NCBI RefSeq assembly: GCF_004010195.1 | Contig: NC_057718.1 | Span: 58,484,786-58,531,425 of the forward strand | Origin: Chiloscyllium plagiosum | Lineage: Eukaryota | Length of the DNA stretch: 46,640 nucleotides | Direction: 5' to 3' | Translations under genes and position numbers: made by a program | The notes under the pieces: generated by a model | Databases searched by the model: none | Told to the model about the DNA's origin: nothing | Seen by the model: the letters and a program-made list of their open reading frames with translations, nothing else | Shown here: piece by piece, positions 1 to 12,105 of the stretch | Position numbering within the stretch: the first letter of the stretch is position 1 | Layout of the letters: each line of letters begins with the position of its first letter

Positions 1-1893
1 CACACTGAGCTCCCTGCCCCACTCCATACTGAGCTCCCTGCCTCACTCCACACTGAGCATCCTGTCCCACTTCACACTGAGCTCCCTGTCCCACTTCACA
101 CTGAGCTCCCTGCCCGACTCCACACTGAACTCCCTGCCGTACTCCACACTGAGCTCCCTGCCCCACTCCACACTGAGCTCCCTGCCCTACTCCACACTGA
201 GCTCCCTGCCCTACTCCACACTGAGATCCCTGCCCCACTCCACACTGAGCTCACTGTCCCACTCCACATTGAGCTACTTGCCCTACACCACATAGAGTTC
301 ACTGTCCCACCTCACACTGAGTTCCCTGCCCCATGCAACACACTGCTCCCTGCCCTACTCCACACTGAGTTCCCTGACCCAATCCACACTGAGCTCCCTG
401 CCCTATTGCACACTGAGCTCCCTGCCCCACAGCACACTGAGCTCCCTGCCCTATTGAACTCTGAGCTCCCTGACCCACTTCACACCAAGCTCCCTGTCCT
501 AACTCCACACTGAGCTCCCTCTCCCACTCCACACTGAGCTACCTGCCCTTCTCCACACTGAACTTCCTGCCCTACTTCACACTGAGCTCCCTGCCCCACT
601 CCACACTGCGCTCCCTGCCCCACTTCGCACTGAGCTCCCTGCCCCACTCCATACTGAGCTCCCTGCCCCACTCCACACTGAGCACCCTGTCCCACTCCAC
701 ACTGAGCTCCCTGTCCTACTCTGCAGTGAGCTCCCTGCCCCACTCCACACTGAGCTCCCTGCCCCACTCCACACTGAGCTCCCTGCCCCACTCCACACTG
801 AGCTCCCTGCCCCTCTCCACACTGAGCTCTCTGCCCCTCTCCACACTGAGCTCCCTGACCCATTTCACACTGACCACCGTGTCGTACTCCACACTGAGCA
901 CTCTGCTCCACTCCACACTGAGCTCCCTGTCCCACTGCACACTGAGTTCCCTGCCCCACTCCACCCTGAGCTCCCTGCCCCACTTCACACTGCGCTCCCT
1001 GCCACTCCACACTGTGCTCCCTGCACCAATCCAAACTGAGCACCCTGATCCACTCCACACTGAATTCTGTGCCCCAATCCACACTGAGCTCTCTGCCCTA
1101 CTAAACACTGAGCTCCCTGCCCCACTCCACACTGAGCGCCCTGCTCCACTCCACACTGAGCTCCCTGCCCTATTCCACACAGAGCTCCCTGACCCGCCCC
1201 ACACTCCGCTCCCTGCCCCACTCCACACTGAGCTCCCTGCCCCATTCCACACTGCACTCCCTGACCCGCCCCACACTCCGCTCCCTGCCCCACTCCACAC
1301 TGAGCTCCCTGCCCCACTCCACACTGAGCTCCCTGCCCTACTCCACACTGAGCTCCCTGCCCCACTCCACACTGAGCTCCCTGCCCTATTCCACACAGAG
1401 CTCCCTGACCCGCCCCACACTCCGCTCCCTGCCCCACTCCACACTGAGCTCCCTGACCCACTTCACACTGACCACCGTGTCGCACTCCACACTGAGCACT
1501 CTGCTCCACTCCACACTGAGCTCCCTGTCCCACTCCACACTGAGCTCCCTTTCCCACTTCACACTGAGCTCCCTGTCCCACTCCACACTGAGCTCCCTGC
1601 CCCACTCCACTCTGAGCTCCCTGCCCCACTCCACACTGAGCTCCCTGCCCCACTCCACACTGCGCTCCCTGCCACTCCACACTGCGCTCCCTGCACCAAT
1701 CCAAACTGAGCAGCCTGATCCACTCCACACTGAATTCTGTGCCCCAATCCACACTGAGCACTCTGCCCTACTAAACACTGAGTTCCCTGCCCCAACTTGC
1801 ACTGAGCTCCCTGTCCAACTTCACACTGAGCTCCCTGCCCTACTCCACACTGAGCTCCCTGCCCCACTCCACACTGAGTCCCTGCCACACTCT

Positions 1894-2169
1894 GAACATC
1901 GAACATAGAACAATACAGCACAGAACAGGCCCTTCGGCCCACGATGTTGTGCCGAACATTTGTCCTAGCTTAAGAACCCATCCATGTACCTATCCAATTG
2001 CCGCTTAAAGGTCACCAAAGATTCTGACTCTACCACTCCCACAGGCAGCGCATTCCATGCCCCCACCACTCTCTGGGTAAAGAACCCACCCCTGACATCT
2101 CCCCTATACCTTCCATCCTTCACCTTAAATTTATGTCCCCTTGTAACACTCTGTTGTACCCGGGGAAAA
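1894..2169 (-). mobile_element. 5'-truncated CR1-clade LINE 3' end inserted in the satellite
   Basis: Minus strand encodes TRGHKFKVKDGRYRGDVRGGFFTQRVVGAWNALP (CR1 ORF2 C-terminus), then GGGCCGAAGGGCCTGTT and a (TTCTATG)-type tail. Confidence 0.93.
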
Positions 2170-4766
2170 AGTGGGGCACTCCCTGCCCCACTCCACTCGG
2201 TGCTCCCTGCCACACTCCACACTAAGCTCCCTGGCCCATCCACACTGAGCTCCCTGCCCTACGCCATACTGAGCTCCCTGTCCCACTCCACACTGAGCTC
2301 CCTGCCCTACACCACATGGAGTTCCCTGTCCCACTCTACACTGAGCTCCCTGTCCCACTCTACACTGAGCTCCCTGCCCACTCCACACTGAGCTCCCTGC
2401 CCCACCTTGCACTTAGCTCCCTGCCCCACTCTGCACTGAGCTCCCTGTCCAACTCCACACTGAGCTCCCTGTCCTGCTCCACACTGAGCTCCCTGTCCTG
2501 CTCCACACTGAGCTCCCTGGCCCACTCCACACTGAAGTACCTGCCCCAATCCACACTGAGTACCCTGCCCAACTCCACACCGAGCTTCCTGCCCCATTCC
2601 ACATAGAGTTCCCTGCCCTAGTCCACATTGAGCTCCCTGCCCCAATCTGCACTGGGCCCCCTGCCCCACTCCACGCTGAGCTCCCTGCCCCACTGCACAT
2701 AGAGTTCCCTGCCCCACTCCACACTGTGCTTCCTACCCTACACCACACTGAACTCCCTGCCCCATTCCACACTGAGCTCACTGCCCTACTAAACACTGAG
2801 TTCCCTGCCCCAACTTGCACTGAGCTCCCTGCCCCACTCCACACTGAGCTCCCTGCCCTACTCCACACTGAGCTCCCTGCCCTACTCCACACTGAGCTCC
2901 CTGCCCCAATCCACACTGAGCTCCCTGCCCAACTCCACACTGAGCTCCCTGCCCCACTCCACATAGAGTTCCCTGCCCCACTCCACACTGAACTCCATGC
3001 CCCATTCAACACTGAGTTCCCTGCCCTACTCCACACTGAGCTCCCTGCCGCACTCCACACCGAGTCCCATGCCCCAATCCACACAGATCTCCCTACCCCA
3101 CTCCACACAACTCCCTGCCCTACAGAAACTGAGCTCCTTGCCCCACCTTGCACGGAGCTCCCTGCCCTACTCCACACTGAGCTCCCTGTCCTGCTCCACA
3201 CTGAGCTCCCTGGCCCACTCCGCACTGAGCTCACTGCCCCAATCTGCACTGGGCCCCCTGCCCCACTCCGCACTGAGCTCATTGCCCCAATCTGCACTGA
3301 TCTCCCTGCCCCACTCCACATAGAGTTCCCTGCCCCACTCCACACTGAGCTTCCTGCCCTACCCCACACTGAGCTCCCTGCCCCAATCCGCGCTGAGCTC
3401 CCTGCCCCACTCCACACTGAACTCCCTGTCCCATTCCACACTGAGCTCCCTGCCCCACTCCACACTGTGCTCCCTGCCCCAGTCTGCACTGAGCTCACTG
3501 CCCAATGCTACACTGTTCCATTCCATTCTGAGCTCCCTGCCTCACTTCCTCACTGCACACTGAGTTCACTGGCTCACAATAGATTACCCAATTCCACACT
3601 GCCTCACCGCACAGTGACTTCCCTGCCCCACTCCATATTGCCCCAATCTGCACTGAGCTCCCTGCCCCCATCACACTGAGCTCCCTGCCCCACTCCACAC
3701 TGAGCTCCCTGCTCCACCTCGCACTGAGCTCCCTGCCCCACTCCACACTGAGCTCTCTGCCCCACTCCACACCGAGCTCCCTGCCCCACTCCACACCGAG
3801 CTCCCTGCCCCACTCCACACTGTGCTCCCTGCCCCAATCTGCACTGAGCTCACTGCCCAATGCTACACTGTTCCATTCCATTCTGAGCTCCCTGCCTCAC
3901 TTCCTCACTGCACACTGAGTTCACTGGCTCACAATAGATTACCCAATTCCACACTGCCTCACCGCACAGTGACTTCCCTGCCCCACTCCATATTGCCCCA
4001 ATCTGCACTGAGCTCCCTGCCCCATCACACTGAGCTCCCTGCCCCACTCCACACTGAGCTCCCTGATCCACCTCGCACTGAGCTCCCTGCCCCACTCCAC
4101 ACTGAGCTCTCTGCCCCACTCCACACTGAACTCCCTGCCCCCATCACACTGAGCTCCCTGCCCCACTCCACACTGAGCTCCCTGCCCTACTCCACACTGA
4201 GGTGCCTGCCCTACTCCACACTGAGGTGCCTGTCACAATCCACACTGAGCCCCCTACCCCTCTCCACACTGAGCTCCCTGCTCCACTCCACACTGAACTC
4301 CCTGCCACACTGCACTGCTCTCCCTGCCTTACTCCACACAGTGCTCCCTGCCACACTCCGTACTGAGCTCCCTGCCCCGGTCTGCACTGAGCTCACAGCC
4401 CAATGCTACACTGTCCCATTCCATTCTGTGTTTCCTGCATCACTTCCCACTTCCTCACTGCACACTGAGTTCACTGGCTCACTCCAGATTACCCCATTCC
4501 ACACTGCCTCACCCCACAGTGACTTCCCTGCCCCACTCCATATTGCCCCACTCTGCACTGAGCTCCCTGCTCCACTCAACACTGAGCTCTCTGCCCCAAT
4601 CCGCACTGCGCTCCCTGCCCTACTCCACACAGAGCTCCCTGCCACACTCCATGCTGAGCTCCCTGCCCCAGTCTGCACTGAGCTCACTGCCCAATGCTAC
4701 ACTGTTCCATTCCATTCTGAGCTCCCTGCCTCACTTCCTCACTGCACACTGAGTTCACTGGCTCAC

Positions 4767-5171
4767 NNNNNNNNNNNNNNNNNNNNNNNNNNNNNNNNNN
4801 NNNNNNNNNNNNNNNNNNNNNNNNNNNNNNNNNNNNNNNNNNNNNNNNNNNNNNNNNNNNNNNNNNNNNNNNNNNNNNNNNNNNNNNNNNNNNNNNNNNN
4901 NNNNNNNNNNNNNNNNNNNNNNNNNNNNNNNNNNNNNNNNNNNNNNNNNNNNNNNNNNNNNNNNNNNNNNNNNNNNNNNNNNNNNNNNNNNNNNNNNNNN
5001 NNNNNNNNNNNNNNNNNNNNNNNNNNNNNNNNNNNNNNNNNNNNNNNNNNNNNNNNNNNNNNNNNNNNNNNNNNNNNNNNNNNNNNNNNNNNNNNNNNNN
5101 NNNNNNNNNNNNNNNNNNNNNNNNNNNNNNNNNNNNNNNNNNNNNNNNNNNNNNNNNNNNNNNNNNNNNNN
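4767..5171. other. Assembly gap (N run) in the satellite
   Basis: 405 N bases. Confidence 1.
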
Positions 5172-5712
5172 CCCACTCCACACCGGGCTCCCTGCCCCAC
5201 TCCACACCGAGCTCCCTGCCCCACTCCACACTGTGCTCCCTGCCCCAGTCTGCACTGAGCTCACTGCCCAATGCTACACTGTCCTATTCCATTCTGAGCT
5301 CCCTGCCTCACTTCCTCACTGCACACTGAGTTCACTGGTTCACTCCAGATTACCCCATTCCATACTGCCTCACCCCACACTGACCTCCCTGCCCCACTCC
5401 ATATTGCCCCACTCTGCACTGAGCTCCCTGTCCCACTTCACACTGGCTCACTCTATACTGTCTCACTCCTTACTGAGATCCCTGCCCTACTCCACACTGC
5501 CCTAGTTCACACTCAGTTCACTGCTCAAATTCACATTCAATTCTGGTGTAAAACCTAATGCCTAAAGGATTCTCAAATCTTGTATCTTCGACTGTCTTTG
5601 TCTCCCAGTCTGTCCAGACATCATACCTGTGTCTTTTTTTCTCAACTTCTTACCATTTTGTGTGTTTTTGTTGCCACATTGTATTATTTTTCTCATGGTA
5701 GCAGATAATCGT

Positions 5713-6050
5713 GGGCGGCACGGTGGCCCAGTGGTTAGCACTGCTGCCTCACAGCGCCTGTAGACCCGGGTTCAATTCCCGACTCAGGCGACTGACTGTG
5801 TGGAGTTTGCACATTCTCCCCGTGTCTGCGTGGGTTTCCTCCGGGTGCTCCGGTTTCCTCCCACAGTCCAAAGATGTGCGGGTCAGGTGAATTGGCCATG
5901 CTAAATTGCCCGTAGTGTTAGGTTAAAGGGGTGGATGTAGGGGTAGGGGTATGGGTGGGTTGCGCTTCGGCGGGTCGGTGTGGACTTGTTGGGCCGAAGG
6001 GCCTGTTTCCACACTGTAAGTAATCTAATCTAATCTAATCTAATCTAATC
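5713..6050 (+). mobile_element. HE1-type (V-SINE) tRNA-derived SINE, full length, young
   Basis: A-box TGGCCCAGTGG, B-box GGTTCAATTCC, V-domain TGTGTGGAGTTTGCACATTCTCCCCGTGTCTGCGTGGGTTTCC, CR1-like tail GGGCCGAAGGGCCTGTTTCC and (TAATC)n. CpGs are retained. Confidence 0.93.
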
Positions 6051-6054
6051 AAAT

Positions 6055-6280
6055 AGGGGTCAGTTATCTGAGTTTGTTCGACGACTGGCCAGCAATAAGG
6101 AGTAATATCAACAACGTGCGTTAAATTCCTGCACTGGCTGCAGTCACCGAAAAGGAACCTTCTTCGCAATCTCTCTCCTCGCTTGAGGCAAGGTGACCCT
6201 CAGATTAAGCCACCACCAGTCCTCTCTATCAAATGAGACAGCAGCCCTATGATCTGGTAAGGCTATGGGGAGTTCACCTT
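6055..6280 (+). mobile_element. Second tRNA-derived SINE family, diverged copy
   Basis: Aligns by eye with 28728-28955 and 10770-10915 (shared GTGACCCTCAG.TTAA.CCACCA and GAGA.AGCAGC.CT.TG.TCTGGTAAGG.TATG blocks). Confidence 0.7.
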
Positions 6281-7079
6281 CAGTTAAAAAAAACTCCACT
6301 CAAGACAACTTTGTACAATGAATCATTCATTTTGATCAAGTTAAATTTCAATGGAAGTATAATATCTACATACTAAGATAGAATTAAAAATAGCTATTTG
6401 CTATTGACAGAGAGCAGGGTAAAAAGAGGGAATCTAATTCCCCCTCCTCAGTTGATTAGAACACTGTTGTTAGCTTTTGAAAAGATAATTCACACGGTTT
6501 TGTTGTACATACAACATACCGACTTCATTATTTCTTAACAGTCAATGTACAAGACATTCTTCACTCTATGTTTGATTATTAGGGTGATTTTCCTTGCATC
6601 TCATTATTTTGTTGAAAAGTAAATTGAACTAACTCTAATTGTTGAGAATCCTCATTCTTAAGAAGCAGAAGGAAGTATTATTTTCAGTATATTAATGAAA
6701 TAATAAAATGGGGAATAAACAAAATGATTAACATCAATAATTGTCTCTATTCCTATAATTTTCCACGATCCCTTCATCCAATCTTCATTTTTTAAACAAT
6801 AGTTCATTATGAATTAACAGAGTTTGAATAAAACATGCAAGGGTGCTAAATAGTGCACACAAATTTGTGAGTTTAAGCTTCTAATTGAAAATGATTTGCA
6901 TTTTGAGGCGTCGAACCCTACCCTTATAAATGACCCAAGCTGATGAACAGGTGCTAATGTTCCTTTAAACATTGAGGTATTTGCTTCATAAGGTCATCCT
7001 TCATTCTCCCTCTCTTCACTATATTCATGAAGCTCTGTTTGTCACACTTCACATTTTGGTATAGTTCCTCTGTGACTAA

Positions 7080-7260
7080 TCCAAAGATGTGCAGGTCAGG
7101 TGAATTGGCCATGCTAAATTGCCCATACTGTTAGGTACATTAGTTAGAGGGAAAATGGGTCTGGATGGGTTTCTCTTTAGAGGGTTGGTGTGGATTTGTT
7201 AGGCCGAAGAGCCTGTTTCCACACTGTAGAGAACATAGAGAATGTAATCTAATCTAATCA
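7080..7260 (+). mobile_element. HE1-type SINE 3' fragment
   Basis: CCAAAGATGTGCAGGTCAGGTGAATTGGCCATGCTAAATTGCCC ... CCTGTTTCCACACTGTA followed by (TAATC)n, matching 5713-6050. Confidence 0.88.
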
Positions 7261-7751
7261 ATTTCTGCAAATAATCCCAACAATCTTTAATTCTCTGCAT
7301 TGATCAGTCATTAATTGTGATGTTTGGCGCCCTGCCTTTGACCAGACTCATGATATTTATTGCGATATTGATCTCTCAAGTGCATGCGAGTACTAATATC
7401 AGTGTTACTCAGGTTGCCTTCATGTTATTCACAGTTAGGTGGGATGGTATTTTACATGTTCCCATAACAATGAGCTGCTGATTGTGCTCTAAGTCTGAGG
7501 ACCATACCCTGTGAATTATTTGGAGACTTAATATATCTATTCACCTGTGGCGTCTGGTAGTTCATGTAAAGCATTACATGCGACTGAGCACCTCAGGCTA
7601 TAATTGTCAAATTGCTGCTGTGATTCTGATTGCCAGGTGGAGTGTTAAGAGGTGCAACTATTTGTAAGCACATTTCATAAGATTTATAGTTTGAATGGTG
7701 AAGATTCCTTGTATTTGATTCTGTGAAGGCAGAAAACTATGACTAGTTTGA

Positions 7752-7890
7752 GGAAAAGCAAAATGCTGTGAATATTGAAATCTGAAACAAATGCAGAGAA
7801 TACTGGAGAAACTCATCAGGTCTGGCAGCATCTGTGGAGAATGAAACAATGTTAAATTTTGAGTGCAGTGTGATCCCTCTTCAAAACTCG
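7752..7890 (-). mobile_element. PLE-derived terminal-repeat fragment
   Basis: Similar to 20495-20590 and 35803-35880 (CTGGAGAAACTCA.CAGGTCTGGCAGCATCTGTGGAG), with a degenerate hammerhead remnant. Confidence 0.65.
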
Positions 7891-9319
7891 TAATTTAATC
7901 ATTTATGGTTTGAGTTAAGTTAGGTGTCTCTTGTACTTTGTAGAAGATGAAACCTTGTTGGGGATGAATTTTACATTTGCTTCCCTTTCTTAAACAGTTC
8001 ATAACGATTAACATTATCTTGTTGCCACTCCATTCTTTGATAGCTTGAAGTCCATTGCACAGTGTGTGTACTTTGTCATATGTGGAGCCTTTGAAGGGTT
8101 GGGTTGGTGGGCTATTTGGAGGTTTGTGCAGTCTCACAGGTGCCTCAACTTTACTCTCCATGTTATTGACAAAGACTCTCAATGTGTTTTGGTGCTTTTC
8201 TCAAAAAGCCATTTAGGTCATTCACAGACCAGAGACTGTCATTAATCGGCTTGGGTTTTCACTTCTTCAGGGATGCTGTGTTCTTCTGAACACCAGCATC
8301 GGACAGTGCAGTTGATTGGTGTTTTGTCTCCATTATTCTCGCTGCTTCATTCTTGTTGACCATAGCCTAGCTCCTCCTCTCTTGATTGTGTTATGAGATT
8401 CACAAAAAGCATGATATTGTACCCCTTTTGAATCTAGCCTTGTGCTGTGGTATACCCTTGGGTCGGATGAAACCTACCCTTTGCCAACCTGATTAAGTTA
8501 CTATTATTTTGTTATTGGTCAGATTAGTTCACCATTAGTTCATGACCCATTATTACCTGTATTGTACATGTGTGTTGTTTATGCATAGCATTTTTGTTTG
8601 TTAAGCAGTAGAGACTTTTAGCTAATGTAGTTGACATGGCATAATTCTTTATCTTCGCTCCTGTTTTATAATAATCAATGGATGAATATACTTATCTAAG
8701 GTTCCAACCAGCCAAAGATTAGAATACTTTCTCACCTAAGCTTTCATAACTGCTTGAAATTCTTTCCATTGTCCTCCATACACTAGAATCTTACATTGGC
8801 TAAATTATTTAAAACTAATGTCTCACTTCATGTATTTTTTTTAATTCACACTTCCATGATGACCCTCTATGTCAGTAATGGGGAAATTGGCAAGGAGATG
8901 ATGCTGCAGTTAAACCACCTTTCTTGTAACCAGATTTCAAGGATCTTGCAAAAGCAGTCATCAAAAAGGCCACATTAGGGCGATCATGAACTTCATCATT
9001 TATTTGATGTCTGTATTTGTCAAAAGCAAGCTCCCAAGACACAGAAAGCAGTCCAGATTTTCTGGGATTTTTTTTTATTGATCAAAAGAAAGAATGTTTT
9101 GTGAATTGGGAGCAATTTGAAAGAGCTGGTTTGAATTCCAAGGGTTTAGTGAAAGGCTACTTTCTACTTTGCTTTGGAAAAAAAATCAATAGTGATGTGG
9201 AACTCAGTTTCTGAGTGAGCATACACACAGGTGCTATCTGCATCTTGATATTCAATGATTGAGGTTAGAATGGTTTTTGTTTTGGATTGAAGGCAATTTG
9301 AACAGTTTTGTGTCTGTTC

Positions 9320-9530
9320 TGTAGCTCACCGCCACATCTCAGGATAATTTCCTGGAAGCAAGGCACAGTGTTGCAGAGAGGAAAACAGATGAGTTGATGC
9401 AATGACACAGCATTGTTTGACTCCAATCTTCACCTCGGTCAGGTTTGTGCTGATTCCATTTGTAAGAATCACAACCTGAAGCTCATTGTGGAGTAGGCAC
9501 AGGAGGCAAAGGGCAGCACTTGACAAAATC
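9320..9530 (-). mobile_element. RTE-clade LINE reverse transcriptase fragment
   Basis: Minus translation EVKIGVKQCCVIASTHLFS resembles the RTE RT motif GVKQGCVIAPTLFS. Confidence 0.65.
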
Positions 9531-10769
9531 AATGGTTTTTATGTGGTTGAGAAAAGCCATGTACAATGATTAGTGAAATAACTCCACAGAAGCCAGTAAA
9601 CTGTCACCAAGTCGCCTGTATTTACATGTGCATAGTACTCAACACTGGTCTGGCTTCCTCAGAGCCAGCTCTGAGAGTGAACAGAACCTTTTGTCAGCCA
9701 GGGCTCCCTGATTGGTTCAGATTAATAGTTCCAATCAGGGATGTCATTCTATGAGGTCCACCTGTCTGACCTCATTACCGTTGGGATTGTTCCCTGCACT
9801 TAGCTTAAATTTACCACTCAGAGATCATGTCATAGTGTCTCTTATTGAGTAAATACTGCATTTTCAACATGCAATTCACCTTCCTAGTTGCTTGCTGCAT
9901 GCTCATTATTAGTGACTTATGAATAAGGTCCATGGAATCCAACTAAGCCTGTCATTTTTAAATGGGTCCAGACTCCTCCTAACTTCACAAAATTGATACA
10001 CATTCCCCATTTGATTGGGCATTTCCGCCTCTGATGTAGGCAACCTTCCAGTTTCTGAATTTAGTAAAAATGGTGAAGAGTGAAAATACATTAAGAAACA
10101 TGCTACAAATTCCTGCTGCTTGGCTTCCTTACCTACAACATTCCTGTTGAGCAGTACAGAGTATTTCAAGTTGCCTATTGATCTGTGAAGCAGTTGTTTT
10201 TCTTAAAAGGGAATGAATGCAGTTCCAGAATGTTCAATTTCAATGTGGCATTGAGATAATGAAGCTCATTATAAATGTGGAATTATATCTTCAAAGTAAT
10301 CAGAACACGCAAAGGGCTTATGTTTATGACATGATCATCTATACTAGAGCAATTAAATAATTCTTTTGTGCAATGGTCATTAATTGATACTAGACATAAA
10401 TTAGTACTGTGTAAACATCTAGCTTAATCTTTATAAGTAGAAACCAGAAAATTTACTGACATCTGATAATGACAACGTTATGTCCAATTTAATTAGCTGA
10501 TTTGAAGAAATGTTGTACTTGATATTGTTTCCCAATTTGTGGCTGGAATTTGTTTAGAATGAATGAGGTAAACAAATGGAAATTGCGTTGCTGGCTCTGC
10601 CACACACTCATAGAGCTCTGATTATGGCAACTTAAGAGCAGTTGAATTTTACTGCTAACAAGGGGGAAGGACATGAATTCAAAATGCCCCAAAAAATTGA
10701 TTGGACTTTTTTTTGTAAATATTCAAACTTAACTTTGCATTAATTGCAGTCATACTGGATGCTTGTAAT

Positions 10770-10915
10770 ACAGAGTGCCGCCAATAGTATGGGTTCAATT
10801 TCCAAAATTGGCAGAGATTTCCATGAAGAAATCTGCTTCTCAACTTTATCCCTACCATGAAGTGGTGACCCTCAGTTTAAAGCACCACTGGCCCTCTCTC
10901 TCTAGTAAGGACATT
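10770..10915 (+). mobile_element. Degenerate copy of the second SINE family
   Basis: GGGTTCAATT B-box, CCATGAAG and GTGGTGACCCTCAGTTTAAAGCACCAC as in 6055-6280. Confidence 0.55.
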
Positions 10916-11009
10916 TATGTTTCACCTTTATTCATTGTGTCCATACTCACTGGAGTTTTGAACAATGGGAGTTTATCTTATTGATAACGTAAAATTCTGT
11001 ATCTTATTA

Positions 11010-11400
11010 ACATGTAAGATTCTGAAAGGATACAACATGACAGGATGGATGCTAAGAGAATGTTCCACCTGCTGGTGAATTCTAGAACTAAAAGACGCAG
11101 ATTGAAACTGAAGGGTCTCCGACCATAACATGGAGATCAAGATGGAGAATCTCTCTCAAACGATAATTAGACTTTTGAATGATCTATCCTAGACAACAGC
11201 ATAACCAGGATTAATTAATATATTCAGGGCTGAGTTAGACAGATTATTGATTTACAAGGGAATTAAGTGTTATGGGCTGTTGGGGTAATGATGGCAAGCA
11301 GGAAAAAGGAGCTAAAGCTTCAATCAGATCAGTCATGAACTTATTTAAAGGCAGAGCAGGCAGAATAAGCCAATAGCCTACTCTTGCACTGATTAATTAT
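11010..11400 (+). mobile_element. Old CR1 LINE 3' fragment
   Basis: Degenerate ORF2 end (TCTAGAACTA..., GGCTGAGTTAGACAGATT) and 3' UTR (ATCAGATCAGTCATGA ... GCCTACTCTTGC). Confidence 0.7.
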
Positions 11401-11779
11401 GTTCACACTGCATCTGGTACAAAGTCAAAGCAGGATGACCCTCTCATATTCTATTGCAATTTGCCTCAATATGTTTTGGGCATTTTTGTGTCACTTCAAT
11501 TACACTGAAAATCCAAAACAGCTTATGAAATACAATTGTTCCTGTAAAAGTGTAACATATTTTGATCTAGCTTGACCTATCTCATTTTTTTGGCCCTCAA
11601 TGTTATCCTCTAAAGAGCACAAGTGCAGCAGAAACCTGCTATGGAACTCTTTATGGTAATAATAATGTAGATAGGGCAGAAAAAGCACCATCCCACAGTT
11701 GCATCAAAAACACCCGAATAATAAAGTAAATCCAGGAAAAATAAACACAAAAGTGAATATGTTTGGGGAAATAACTAAT

Positions 11780-12105
11780 AATGTCTTGAAGAGAGATTAC
11801 AGAAGTGGAGGTGTTGCAAGTCTTAAAATGCATTTTGGGAGATAAATCCCTGGGATCTGACGAAGTGTATCCCAGAACTTTGTGTGAGGCTAGGAAGAAA
11901 ATTATAGAGCCCCTAGCAGAGATATTTGAATCATCAATAGCCACAGGTGAAATGCCTGAAGATTGGAGGGTGGCTAATGTGTGCCATTATTTCAGAAAGG
12001 CTGCCTGGGAACTACAAACCGGTAAGCCTAATGTCTGTGGTGGGTAAGTTATTAGAGAGTTCTGAGAGACAGAATCTGCAGACATTTGCAGAGACAAAGG
12101 ATTCA
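11780..12105 (+). mobile_element. CR1 ORF2 internal fragment
   Basis: Translates to DKSLGSDEVYPRTLCEARKKIIEPLAEIFESSIATGEMPEDWRVANV and PGNYKPVSLMSVVGKLLE. Confidence 0.88.

Larger units (their letters stand above)
1..5510. repeat. 24-bp tandem satellite/minisatellite array with higher-order blocks
   Basis: Unit CACACTGAGCTCCCTGCCCCACTC (contains GAGCTC) repeats from base 1 and degenerates near 5400-5510. It is interrupted by a CR1 tail (1894-2169) and an N gap. Confidence 0.97.

Noticed and set aside
96..5505. Many long ORFs ([24 protein letters not shown] repeats) suggesting a repetitive structural protein
   Set aside because: By-product of a 24-bp unit. ORFs occur on both strands and shift frame at monomer indels, so there is no frame preservation.
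1..5510. CRISPR-like array
   Set aside because: Monomers are contiguous with no unique spacers, there are no cas genes, and the context is eukaryotic.
5713..5790. tRNA gene
   Set aside because: The A/B boxes belong to a SINE head that continues into the V-domain and a LINE-like tail; the same applies at 28728 and 46402.
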